64,000 nucleotides of DNA from Methanobacteriota archaeon (lineage in GTDB: Archaea; Thermoplasmatota; Thermoplasmata; UBA10834), in contig DYTN01000004.1 in assembly GCA_020725925.1 (NCBI GenBank), positions 2,802 to 66,801 of the forward strand, in the 5' to 3' direction. Both the position numbers and the translations under genes were made by a program. Shown piece after piece: positions 1 through 8,651 of this stretch; within the stretch, counting starts at the first letter, position 1; each line of letters opens with the position of its first letter. The notes under the pieces are model-generated. The model had not been told where the DNA came from. It saw only the letters and a program-made list of their open reading frames with translations, and ran no database searches.

Positions 1-1
1 T

Positions 2-220
2 GATGCTCCCCCCGAGAAGGTGTGCGAGCAGAAGAAGGAGGGGAAGGACGAGGCCGCCCCCGAAGACCTTGTGCTCGTGCGCGTGCTCGAGGACGTGCCC
101 ACGTTCGCTGGCGTCGACAAGGACTACAAGCTGAGGAAGGAGGACATCATCTCACTGCCCAGCAATGTAGCGAAGACGCTCGTCTCGCACGGCAAAGCCA
201 AAGTGATCGGCTCAGGCTAG
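2..220 (+). CDS. GINS subunit (Gins15/Gins51-like), C-terminal fragment; the CDS begins upstream of the window
   Basis: Frame 2 is open from nt 2. The C-terminal sequence LVLVRVLEDVPTFAGVDKDYKLRKEDIISLPSNVAKTLVSHGKAKVI matches the archaeal GINS B-domain pattern V.VLxDVPxFxGxDxxxYxLxKEDxxxLP, recalled from memory. Confidence 0.45.
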   Translation, partial: DAPPEKVCEQKKEGKDEAAPEDLVLVRVLEDVPTFAGVDKDYKLRKEDIISLPSNVAKTLVSHGKAKVIGSG

Positions 221-997
221 GTCGAACGGCCCGCTCATGCCCCCGTGCTCCGTCACTTCGACTCTCACAGGATGCTTGCGCCTGGCGAGGTTCTTCTCGA
301 CCGCCTTGCGGGCGATCTCAGGCATGTTGTTCTCTCTGCTCAGGTGGACGAGCACTACCTTTTTCGTCCTCTCCGTCGCGGCGGACCCTGACAGCTCGGC
401 CGCATCGTCGTTCGACAGATGCCCGTGGTCCCCCCTGATCGCTCGCTTCAGGAACTCCGGGTAGGTCCCGCGGAGGAGCATCTCCTCATCATAGTTCGCC
501 TCCACCAAGAGCATGTCCGCTCCAGCCATGTGCCTGACGACATCCGCGGTCACGCTTCCGAGGTCTGTGGCGATGCCCAGGCGCCTCGAGTCGAACGTCA
601 CGGAGAGCGCCACGGGCTCTGCGGCAAGATGTCTGACCTTGAACGGTTCGATCCTGAGCTCCCCGATGCGCACCTCCTTGCCCGATGCTATGGGTCTCGC
701 GTCCACGCCGTCAAGGGGCGTGAGCGCGAGCGTCCCCTTCGTGCCGTAGACGGGGACTGCGTAGTCGAGTGCGAACCTCCTCGCCCCTCGGACATGGTCG
801 GTATGTTCGTGCGTGAGCAGCACGGCCTCGACCTGCGTCGGCTCAGCGCCGAACACCGACATCCTCCGTTCCAGCTCTCGACATGACAGCCCTGCGTCGA
901 CCAGGAGACCCTTCCCCTCAGACATCACGAGTGCGGAGTTGCCGACGCTCCCGCTGCTCAGAATCGATACAGTGAGACGGTGCATCCAGCTCGCCAA
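212..997 (-). CDS. Metallo-beta-lactamase-fold hydrolase
   Basis: 261 aa with the HxHxDH motif (LLTHEHTDHVRG) and downstream His/Asp residues typical of MBL-fold enzymes. Confidence 0.6.
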   Translation of the reverse strand: MASWMHRLTVSILSSGSVGNSALVMSEGKGLLVDAGLSCRELERRMSVFGAEPTQVEAVLLTHEHTDHVRGARRFALDYAVPVYGTKGTLALTPLDGVDARPIASGKEVRIGELRIEPFKVRHLAAEPVALSVTFDSRRLGIATDLGSVTADVVRHMAGADMLLVEANYDEEMLLRGTYPEFLKRAIRGDHGHLSNDDAAELSGSAATERTKKVVLVHLSRENNMPEIARKAVEKNLARRKHPVRVEVTEHGGMSGPFDLA

Positions 998-1217
998 CGC
1001 TCAGCCCGGTGATAAAGCCTTTGATTTCGCGAAGAGACCCTTTCCTCCAACTGGCAGACCTCTCGGAGCAGCTTTTCTTAAATGCTTCGGCATCGGTTTA
1101 TCTAAACGAAGGATGTTGTCCGGCCGCCGGGAAGCCCGGTGGGGACGCGGACTGGACTGGCAAGGACAACTAGCCACCACGAAGTTGGTGCCGCGTCCGG
1201 AGTAGGAGGTTTCCGCC

Positions 1218-2684
1218 ATGGTATCGCAGAAGCAGATGTTGAAGGTGCTCGAGAAGGATCAGCTGGATGCGATTCACGGCGCCACTCTCCGAGTGCTCGA
1301 GCGCACGGGCGTGCTGGTCAACATGCCCGAGGCCCTTGACCTCCTCGACCAGAAGGGAATGCAGGTGGACCGCAGGACCAGGATTGTCAAGATGCCTGAG
1401 TCGATTGTGACGGAAGCGGTCAAGAGCTGCAAGAAGGACTTCAAGTGGCATGGTCGGAGCGAGAAGCACACGATAGATGTCGTGGACGGCAGGACGAAGA
1501 TCGGCCCCGGAGCAGAGTGCGTGTACTACATCGACCCGAAGACTGACGAGGTCAGGATTCCGACGCTCCAAGACGGCCTCCTGTGCTGCAGGCTCATGGA
1601 CGCCCTGGACAACGTCAAGATCGCCTATGTCCCGACCTACATCAGCGACGTTCCAGACACGGCGAGGAGGATCATATCGGTGGCCGCAGGCCTTCTCAAC
1701 TCCGGCAAGCCCACGTTCGGCGGCACCTTGGACAAGGACGATGTCGAGCTTTCGATCCGGCTGGGTGAGGCTATTCTCGGAGATCGGGAGAAGCTGAGGA
1801 AGACCCCGCTGTTCTGTGGCTACGTCGACCCGATTAGCCCCCTGGCACATGAGCACACGATGCTCGAGGTCCTGCTGGGCTACGCGCGGATTGACGCGCC
1901 CGTGTTCGTGACGGTCATGGCTCTCGCAGGAGGGACCGCACCGGCGTCCATAGCTGGCGTCCTGGTGCAGCAGAACGCCGAAGTGCTCAGTTCCGTGGTC
2001 ATCGCGAGCTGCGTCACAAAGGCGCCGAAGGTCGTCTACGGGTCCGTCTCCTGCCCACTTGACATGAGGACGGGAATGTCTGCGACCGGAGCACCCGAGT
2101 TCTCGCTCATCGGCGTCGGCGCGGTACAACTCGCCAAGCATTACGGCCTCCCGAGCAACATGGGCGTTCAGAGCGACTCGAAGACAGTCGACGAGCAGAC
2201 CGCCTACGAGAAGGCCTTCTCCGCTTTGGCCGCGGCAGCCGCGGGAGCGGATTTCTCCGACCTCTTCATCGGCTCGACCGAAGCCTTCAACACCTACTCC
2301 CCGATCCAGCTGGTGATCGACGAGGAGATCGCATCCAATGCCCTTCGGTTCGCCCAGGGCATAGAGGTCAACGACGAGACGCTCTCGGTGGACATGATCG
2401 CCAAGACGGGTCCGATGGGGAACTACCTCAAGCAGAAGCAGACCATGGCGCGGTTCAGGAAGGAGCACCTGCGCCCGAATTTGTCGGACAGGTGGAGCCG
2501 GATGCAATGGGCGGCTTCGGGGTCCAAGGACGCGAAGAGGAGGGCGAAAGAGAGGATGGTGGAGCTCCTGAGCTCGCACCACCCCGAGCCCCTCGAGACC
2601 GAGGTCAGGAAGAACATCGACAGCCTTCTGAAGGAGTATTCCAAGAGCTTCGGGGCCGACGTCCTGGTGAAACGTAGTCCTTGA
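1218..2684 (+). CDS. MttB-superfamily methyltransferase (trimethylamine/glycine-betaine:corrinoid methyltransferase family), non-pyrrolysine type
   Basis: 488 aa. The N-terminus MLKVLEKDQLDAIHGATLRVLERTGV fits the MttB N-terminal pattern and the protein is full length for the family. The ORF is uninterrupted, with no in-frame amber codon. An SD-like GGAGGT lies 9 nt upstream. Confidence 0.75.
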   Translation: MVSQKQMLKVLEKDQLDAIHGATLRVLERTGVLVNMPEALDLLDQKGMQVDRRTRIVKMPESIVTEAVKSCKKDFKWHGRSEKHTIDVVDGRTKIGPGAECVYYIDPKTDEVRIPTLQDGLLCCRLMDALDNVKIAYVPTYISDVPDTARRIISVAAGLLNSGKPTFGGTLDKDDVELSIRLGEAILGDREKLRKTPLFCGYVDPISPLAHEHTMLEVLLGYARIDAPVFVTVMALAGGTAPASIAGVLVQQNAEVLSSVVIASCVTKAPKVVYGSVSCPLDMRTGMSATGAPEFSLIGVGAVQLAKHYGLPSNMGVQSDSKTVDEQTAYEKAFSALAAAAAGADFSDLFIGSTEAFNTYSPIQLVIDEEIASNALRFAQGIEVNDETLSVDMIAKTGPMGNYLKQKQTMARFRKEHLRPNLSDRWSRMQWAASGSKDAKRRAKERMVELLSSHHPEPLETEVRKNIDSLLKEYSKSFGADVLVKRSP

Positions 2685-2777
2685 GTCTTCCCCAGACCCC
2701 GCCTGAACTCTCGGGCACGCAAACCCGGCCAACCTTTCATTCGTATGGAGAGTGATACCTGACCCTGTCAGGAGGAA

Positions 2778-4238
2778 GTGAGAACGATGGCAAGCTACGC
2801 GGACAAGTTCAAGGTCAAGACGAGATGCCAGCTGATGAGCACGGAGGACAAGAAGCTGATACACGAGTCGACGCTCGAGGTCATGGAGGACGTCGGCATC
2901 AAGATACACGGCAGGACTGCGCGCGCGGCTCTGGTGCGCGCGGGCGCGCACGCGGACGAGAAGGCGCAGGTCGTCAGGTTCCCGATAGGCGTTGTGAACT
3001 CGCTCGTGAGGAAGATACCCAGGACCTTCACGCTCGCGGGCCGTACACCTGAGTATGACCTGCCGCTGGACGGCACGCACAGCTATTTCACCACTGACGG
3101 CTGCGGCGTCGCCGTGTGGGAGCCGAAGACGAGGACGAGGAGAAGATCTCTGCTGGAGGACATCCGCAAGACGGCGATAGTCTCCGACTGGCTGCCGTAC
3201 GTGAGCATCTACGAACCTATGGTCGTCGCGCACGACGTCCCTGAGAAGGTGCACGTGGTCGAGGGCGTGAGGGTCGGGATGGAGAACACGTCGAAGCACA
3301 TACTGACCGAGTCGACCTCGAACCCTGACGAGGCTAGGACACAGGTGAGGATGGCGGCAGAGGTGGTTGGCTCGGTCGAGGAGCTGAAGAAGAGGCACTA
3401 CATCTCCGCGATGGTCTGCACCGTCTCACCGCTTGTGCTCGAAGGCCCAACGACAGAGGCGGCCATGGTGTGGGCGGAGAACCATGTCCCCGTTCACATC
3501 ACCGGGATGGCGCAGGCGGGGATGAGCGGCCCAGCCACGATCGCAGGAGACCTGGTGGTCAACCACGCAGAGACGCTGGCGCTCGCGTGCGCCATGCAGG
3601 CGCACGAGCCAGGTTCGCCCTTGATGTACGGCTCTGTGCTTTCCGCCATGGACCCGAGGAGCGGGGCGTACATAGGCGGGTCGCCCGAGAGCACGATCCT
3701 CTGCGCAGCAGCTGTCGAGATGGCTAACTTCTGCAAGATACCTAACTCGACAGGCGGACTGGGATCGAGCGCCAAGGTCCCGGGCGTGCAGGCCTCAATC
3801 GAGAACACCCTCTCGACGGCCGCGAGCATACTCGTCGGCGGCGAGGTCATAAACGGCCTCGGGGTCCCGGACGGCTCGACGCTGCTGTCTTACGAGCAGC
3901 TCCTGTTCGACCATGAGATCGCGGGCATGGCGCTCAGGGCCATGAGCGGTTTCGCGGTGAACGAGGAGACGCTCGCCGTGGATTTGATCAAGAGGATTGG
4001 GATCGGCGGCACCTATCTCGGCCAGAAGCACACGCTGGCGCACATCAGGGACTTCTACCTGCAGCTGATGTGGAAGACGGAATCCTTCGAGCAAGCAGTC
4101 CACAGGGGCGGCATGGACTCACTAGAGGCGGCTAACGAGCGCATTCAGGGGATACTGAAGGAGCACACGCCGGCGCCTCTCGACAAGGACATCGCGGGGC
4201 GGCTGAACCTGATTGTGAAGGACTTCTCGAAGGCATGA
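2778..4238 (+). CDS. MttB-superfamily methyltransferase paralog, non-pyrrolysine type
   Basis: 486 aa, collinear in organisation with the upstream paralog (LIHESTLEVMEDVGIKIHG at the N-terminus). The ORF is uninterrupted. Confidence 0.75.
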   Translation: MRTMASYADKFKVKTRCQLMSTEDKKLIHESTLEVMEDVGIKIHGRTARAALVRAGAHADEKAQVVRFPIGVVNSLVRKIPRTFTLAGRTPEYDLPLDGTHSYFTTDGCGVAVWEPKTRTRRRSLLEDIRKTAIVSDWLPYVSIYEPMVVAHDVPEKVHVVEGVRVGMENTSKHILTESTSNPDEARTQVRMAAEVVGSVEELKKRHYISAMVCTVSPLVLEGPTTEAAMVWAENHVPVHITGMAQAGMSGPATIAGDLVVNHAETLALACAMQAHEPGSPLMYGSVLSAMDPRSGAYIGGSPESTILCAAAVEMANFCKIPNSTGGLGSSAKVPGVQASIENTLSTAASILVGGEVINGLGVPDGSTLLSYEQLLFDHEIAGMALRAMSGFAVNEETLAVDLIKRIGIGGTYLGQKHTLAHIRDFYLQLMWKTESFEQAVHRGGMDSLEAANERIQGILKEHTPAPLDKDIAGRLNLIVKDFSKA

Positions 4239-4367
4239 CGTCCGCGGCCGAAACTATTTCCAATCGGATATTTTTATATAATTTACAGAATCGTCCAATC
4301 ACCGCACCTTGTCGGGCCATCCAGTCGCCGAAAACCCAGCCCTGAACGATCTCGTCTACCTCGATAG

Positions 4368-4376
4368 TTTTATAAA
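4368..4376 (+). promoter_or_regulatory. Archaeal TATA box (TTTTATAAA) with upstream BRE-like CGATAG, promoter of tRNA-Lys
   Basis: AT-rich octamer centred about 30 nt upstream of the tRNA 5' end at 4402, in otherwise GC-rich DNA. Confidence 0.6.
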
Positions 4377-4401
4377 TGGTCACCATATACTGCGGGTCTG
4401 C

Positions 4402-4506
4402 GGGGCTGTAGCTCAGCTAGGTAGAGCAACCGGCTCTTACTGTGCTGCTTCTGGCTGCGCAGGGGACACCGGTTGGCCAAGGGTTCGAATCCCTTCAGCC
4501 CCGCCA
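4402..4506 (+). tRNA. tRNA-Lys (anticodon CUU) with an intron of about 28 nt (roughly 4440-4467) next to the anticodon loop; CCA is encoded
   Basis: Hand fold. Acceptor GGGGCTG/CAGCCCC pairs perfectly. D-arm is GCTC-AGCTAGGTA-GAGC. Anticodon stem is ACCGG/CCGGT with loop CTCTTA(C) and anticodon CTT. T-arm is AAGGG-TTCGAAT-CCCTT. Discriminator is G, followed by CCA. Confidence 0.8.
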
Positions 4507-4581
4507 TCGTTGCCTCCCTCGGGGTATCCAGTCAACCATTAAGTAGCAACGGGGGTATCCCCGCTCTGTCGGAGAGGTATT

Positions 4582-4902
4582 TTGGCCAGAAACACCGGGT
4601 ACAAGAGGCGCAGGAGCGACGAGCTGAGGGAGTTCAGGCCACGCGAGAGCCAGAAGACAGCCATGCTGAATCTTCACAGAGTCTCCTCCTTCAGATACGA
4701 TCTCAAAGAGATCATGAGCCACTACGAAGTCAGCGAGGCCGTCGCGACATCGGTGATTGCGAGCGTCATCGCAAAAGGGTTTCGGGTTTCGATAGAGTCT
4801 GCCAGGGCTTTCGTGCGCGACCAGGGGAGGTTGGGTGCGTACCCGGTCGAGGTCTCAGACGAGATATGCAGCCTGCTTGACAGATGGTCGAGGCTCCGCT
4901 AG
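4582..4902 (+). CDS. Hypothetical small protein (106 aa)
   Basis: ORF only; no recognisable motif. It lies just downstream of the tRNA. Confidence 0.2.
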   Translation: MARNTGYKRRRSDELREFRPRESQKTAMLNLHRVSSFRYDLKEIMSHYEVSEAVATSVIASVIAKGFRVSIESARAFVRDQGRLGAYPVEVSDEICSLLDRWSRLR

Positions 4903-5042
4903 GGTCTCAATCGCAGGCGCCGCCTCATGCGACGCTCCCCGATATCAGGTGGCGTTTCTTCCTCTTCGGTGTTTCTGAGCGTTGCGAGACGCACGGGGAA
5001 ACCGAGGTGTGAATTGCCCTGGCAGGAGCTACGTGAATCGTC

Positions 5043-5555
5043 TCAGTCCAGGAAGAGCACCGAGCTCGGAGATTTGCGCTTCAGCTCAGCCTCCCCCTTC
5101 CTCAGGAATTCGGAGCGATTGCCCTTCTTCTCCTTGACGATCATTCCCACACCAAGCGCGCCGGTCCGCATGTGGCGCAGGAGCTTCAGGTTCTCGCAGG
5201 CTTCGCCGTCATTGCACTCGACGCACTCATGCAGGTGCTTGCCTGTGGCACATGCACGGATCTCGCAGTTCGTCCTCCCGCCGCCCCTGAGACAGCCAGG
5301 GCATGGAGGCTCTGCGTGGATTGAGGCCAGGCTTTCGTGAAGCCCTTTGTAGTCAACTCCCTTTGGACCCCATTCCTCAATCCCGTAGTCCTTGATCAGC
5401 TTCCCCAGCCTCCCCGCGAGCTCGGAGATGGTTCCGTTGCCGACCGCGCAGCTGCCACACCAGAGTCCGCAGTAGGCGATCTGACCTTTCACGTTCTCGA
5501 ATGCTGGCGCCCTTGCGGAGCGCTTGCGCATGGGCTTTCCTTTCGAGCGCTTCAT
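5043..5555 (-). CDS. DUF3795-like Cys-rich zinc-ribbon protein
   Basis: 170 aa with the Cys clusters YCGLWCGSCAVGNG ... CPGC ... CATGKHLHECVECNDGEAC, characteristic of the DUF3795 family. Confidence 0.45.
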   Translation of the reverse strand: MKRSKGKPMRKRSARAPAFENVKGQIAYCGLWCGSCAVGNGTISELAGRLGKLIKDYGIEEWGPKGVDYKGLHESLASIHAEPPCPGCLRGGGRTNCEIRACATGKHLHECVECNDGEACENLKLLRHMRTGALGVGMIVKEKKGNRSEFLRKGEAELKRKSPSSVLFLD

Positions 5556-5737
5556 CGTTCAACCCCTGACCGGTGTTCGCCGAGAACAACGGACTGTTGT
5601 ATATTACTTCCGTTTGGGCATGCGAAGGTGCGGGGGCCGCGTCGCGCCCGAAGAAAGGTGTCTCAGCATGGTCTTCGCCAACCCGGGACTTGTCCGAGCA
5701 AAGGTTAAGAGCAGAGAGCCACTTCAAGAGCTAGCCT

Positions 5738-6505
5738 ATGCCAGCGAAACACCTCTACTTCATCGGGACCGCTGGGTGCGGGAAGAGCACCCTCACCAAC
5801 GCCTACCTGCTCTGGCTCCAGAACCAGGGCTATGACGGAATCACCGTCAACCTCGATCCAGGCGCAGACACGCTCCTGTACACGCCCGATGTCGATGTCC
5901 AGGACTGGATCAACCTCACCGATGTCATGCGCGAGTGCGGACTCGGCCCGAACGGGGCGCAGATCGCGGCCGCGGATATGCTCGCGCTCAACATCAAGGA
6001 GATCGCCCAGGTCGTCGCGGGACACGACACTGATTTCGTCCTGCTCGACACTCCTGGTCAGGTCGAGCTCTTCACGTTCAGGAAGAGCAGTAAGATTGTG
6101 ATAGACGAGCTCAGCGGCGACCTTGCGTTGCTCGTGTACCTGTACGATCCCTCTCTTGCGAAGAGCGCGAACGGGTTTGTCTCCACACTGATGCTCTCGG
6201 CGAGCGTCCACTTCAGGCTTCCGTTCCCGATGCTGCCAGTGCTCGCGAAGGCGGACATGCTCACGGAGGTGGACAGGGAGAAGGTCGAGGCCTGGAGCAG
6301 GGACTACTATGCGCTTTTCAACGCGCTGCTCGACGAATCCGCTGAGAGCCAGACGCAGATCAACGCCGAGTTCCTGCAGGCGCTCGAGGCCGTCGGCGCC
6401 AGCAAGGCGGTCATGCCGGTCAGCGCGGACACCGGTGAAGGGCTCGAGGACATCTACAATGCCGCCCAGCAGGTTTTCGAGGGCGGCGAGGACGTCGAGC
6501 GGTGA
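5738..6505 (+). CDS. GPN-loop GTPase
   Basis: P-loop FIGTAGCGKST, a GPN motif (GLGPNGAQ) and DTPGQVE switch II. Size of 255 aa is typical. Confidence 0.75.
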   Translation: MPAKHLYFIGTAGCGKSTLTNAYLLWLQNQGYDGITVNLDPGADTLLYTPDVDVQDWINLTDVMRECGLGPNGAQIAAADMLALNIKEIAQVVAGHDTDFVLLDTPGQVELFTFRKSSKIVIDELSGDLALLVYLYDPSLAKSANGFVSTLMLSASVHFRLPFPMLPVLAKADMLTEVDREKVEAWSRDYYALFNALLDESAESQTQINAEFLQALEAVGASKAVMPVSADTGEGLEDIYNAAQQVFEGGEDVER

Positions 6506-6512
6506 GCCGGTT

Positions 6513-7157
6513 TCACGGTGTCATCCTGAGGGAGCGGAGTACCTCTATGCCCGATTCGGACAGCTGCGCCCTCACCTCGCCAGAGCTCAGTTCGGCCATG
6601 ACGAGCCCTTCCTTCCTGAGCTCTCTCAAGACCCTCTCCACTGCCAGCCTGCTCGTGGGCTTCAGCTTCTCCGCGAGCTTCGCGAGGGTCATCTGCCTGT
6701 CCCCGAGAGCCAGCATGAACCTGATCTGCGCCTGCGTGAACCTGTCCCTTGCTGTGGCGCCCCTCAGCACGGGCAGCTTCGTCACCCTTCCCTCGCAGTG
6801 GTAGGTCTCGACGCCCAGGCGGAACGCCGCCAATAGGGCCGCATCTCCCAGCAGCTTGCTGCCGCCGCTGATGTTGAGCACGACCGAGTTCGGCCTGCCC
6901 GGGGCGCGGGGGCGCATCAGATCCTGGAGGACTGATGCGACGGCGTCCGTCAGCTCCATGAACTCCAGCTCTCCGAGGGAGACCGCCTCCACGTCATGGC
7001 CAGCCATCTCTTCGAGCGCCTTGAGGCGCAGGAACGCATCGGTGTCCTCCGTCCCCTCAGCTCCGACGAGCACGAGCCTGTCGTAGGGCAACTTGGTCAT
7101 CGCGAGGATGATCTTCTCGCCGTCCCCGGGCCCGAAGGTGGAGACCAGGATCCTCAA
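6513..7157 (-). CDS. CARF-domain plus winged-HTH transcriptional regulator (Csa3-like)
   Basis: N-terminal Rossmann-like domain with the CARF signature [DN]x[ST]xxx[RK] (NISGGSK). C-terminal wHTH (QIRFMLALGDRQMTLAKLAEKLKPTSRLAVERVLRELRKEGLV). Paralogous to the adjacent gene. Confidence 0.5.
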   Translation of the reverse strand: MRILVSTFGPGDGEKIILAMTKLPYDRLVLVGAEGTEDTDAFLRLKALEEMAGHDVEAVSLGELEFMELTDAVASVLQDLMRPRAPGRPNSVVLNISGGSKLLGDAALLAAFRLGVETYHCEGRVTKLPVLRGATARDRFTQAQIRFMLALGDRQMTLAKLAEKLKPTSRLAVERVLRELRKEGLVMAELSSGEVRAQLSESGIEVLRSLRMTP

Positions 7158-7837
7158 GCGTCATCACCGAGCAGCAGCTCCGTGGACTCCTCGACGGTGA
7201 CGACCTTCTTCCTTGAGTCGGTCGGATGTGCGTCCAGCCTCACAGCACCTTTCGCCACCAGGTTCTTGATATGGTGGTTCACCGTGGCCTTGTGCTTGCC
7301 CACGAGCTTGGAGAGGTCAATCTCGGTCAGCTTCCTGGACCTGTTCCTCAGGAGGGTCCTGAGTATCTCCCTCTCCTCGCCCGACAGGACCTGGCTGTAC
7401 TCCATGCGGAGGAGCGGTAGAGGGATCTCCTCGTAGGTCACGTCATGGACGTAGACTGTTGGCACGCCCTCGAGGATGCATGCGAGGAGCGCCGCGGAGG
7501 AGGTCGGCCTCGTGCCTCCGGCGATGTTGAACACGGATATCTTCTTGCCTTCCCTCTTGTGTCTCCTTATGTCGCCCCTGATCCTGGTCGCGATGCTCTT
7601 GAAGTCGAACGGGTCCTCGAGGTCCACGGCATCCACCGCCAGCTTCATGCTCCTGCAGTAGTCAAGGACGGCCTTCCTCGCCTCGGCGACATTCCTGACG
7701 GCCTCTGGGTCGGCCCTGTCCGCGCCGCAGTAGAAGACTACCTTCTCCACGTTCGCTGTCGACCTGATCGTCGGGATGAGGGACTTCGGGCGGAACCCGA
7801 GCGTGCCGAACACAACCACCATATCTCGCACCAGCAC
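7154..7837 (-). CDS. CARF-domain plus winged-HTH transcriptional regulator (Csa3-like), paralog
   Basis: N-terminus MVVVFGTLGFRPKSL resembles the Csa3 N-terminus (xTLGFxE). It has a CARF-like NIAGGTR motif and a C-terminal wHTH (EREILRTLLRNRSRKLTEIDLSKLVGKHKATVNHHIKNLVAKGAV). It overlaps the downstream paralog by 4 nt. Confidence 0.5.
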   Translation of the reverse strand: MLVRDMVVVFGTLGFRPKSLIPTIRSTANVEKVVFYCGADRADPEAVRNVAEARKAVLDYCRSMKLAVDAVDLEDPFDFKSIATRIRGDIRRHKREGKKISVFNIAGGTRPTSSAALLACILEGVPTVYVHDVTYEEIPLPLLRMEYSQVLSGEEREILRTLLRNRSRKLTEIDLSKLVGKHKATVNHHIKNLVAKGAVRLDAHPTDSRKKVVTVEESTELLLGDDA

Positions 7838-7982
7838 ATGATTCGCGGGGGCCTAGGTCTGCTTTCTGTGATACCGTAAGAATCATTGTCATACAAATAT
7901 TTAATTGAGGGTCGAGCCCAGGCAGTATCGGAATCCGTGAGACGGTCTGCGGTTCCGATGAATAGACGTTGCAGCGCTCCAA

Positions 7983-8636
7983 GTGAACATGCAGGATAGG
8001 GATGCACCCATGGTGCAGAAGTTCAAGCACGTGTTCCTGGACGCCGAGGGGACTCTCTACGTCCCGAAGGACGGGAGATCGAGATGGGAGTTCTGGGCGG
8101 ACCCCAGCCCAGACAAGGCAGTCGAGTTCTTCGAGCTTGACACGGGCGTGAAGGAGTCGCTCGAGAGGCTCAGGTCACAGGTCATCACGCTGTGCCTCGT
8201 GTCGAGGAATCCGCCCGAGATCATCGACGCCCTGCTTGACAAGTTCGGGATCAGGCAGTACTTCGACGAGATCCTGCTCAACGGGAACAAGGGCAAGCAG
8301 ATCGCGAAGTACCTGTACAGACGGGGCTACCGGAGGGACGAGTCGGTCATGGTGGGGGACATGCCTGTGCTGGACCTGTACCCGGTCAAGAGGGTGGGCA
8401 TTGAGTCCATACTCGTCGACCGGGACTACAACGGCTTTGCGAAGGTCGAGCGGATCAGGGGCGTTTCCGAGCTGCCCAATTGGCTCAGGATCGCTGACAT
8501 CGCTGAAGGGGCTGGAAACCACAGGCCTTACATCGCCTCCTTGGACGATTTCGAGACCGCGGACACGATCGCGGCGAGGGCTGCGCGCTTATCCTCGAGG
8601 AGCACCCAAAGGTTGATTGCCGCTCAGGTTACTTGA
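7983..8636 (+). CDS. HAD-superfamily hydrolase-like protein
   Basis: A motif I-like FLDAEGTL near the N-terminus and a GDxxxD-like VMVGDMPVLD near the C-terminus. The variant Asp to Glu in motif I lowers confidence. Confidence 0.35.
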   Translation: MNMQDRDAPMVQKFKHVFLDAEGTLYVPKDGRSRWEFWADPSPDKAVEFFELDTGVKESLERLRSQVITLCLVSRNPPEIIDALLDKFGIRQYFDEILLNGNKGKQIAKYLYRRGYRRDESVMVGDMPVLDLYPVKRVGIESILVDRDYNGFAKVERIRGVSELPNWLRIADIAEGAGNHRPYIASLDDFETADTIAARAARLSSRSTQRLIAAQVT

Positions 8637-8651
8637 CTGCAGAGGGAAGGA

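Noticed and set aside
2758-2772. A short palindrome CCTGAC-cct-GTCAGG between the two MttB genes
   Set aside because: A 6-bp stem overlapping the RBS of the second gene is below the length I would call a terminator or regulatory hairpin. No poly-T follows.
1170-3398. Very long antisense ORFs in high-GC regions (for example 1170-3398 minus, 9414-10796 minus, 14438-15172 minus, 19149-20150 minus, 49923-50936 minus, 52030-53562 minus, 56149-57252 plus)
   Set aside because: They overlap, on the opposite strand, ORFs with clear conserved domains (MttB, Tdh, TPR, HMGCS/thiolase, HAL, the giant repeat protein). Stop-codon depletion in GC-rich DNA explains them. Their translations are low-complexity Arg/Pro/Gly-rich.
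1218-4238. A possible pyrrolysine (in-frame UAG) in the MttB genes
   Set aside because: Both ORFs are continuous over the full family length of about 487 aa with no internal stop, so they are non-Pyl homologues.
4473-4880. A 135-aa ORF beginning inside tRNA-Lys
   Set aside because: It starts within the tRNA gene in a different frame from the more plausible 4582-4902 ORF, and is Arg/Gly-rich. It is a spurious ORF.
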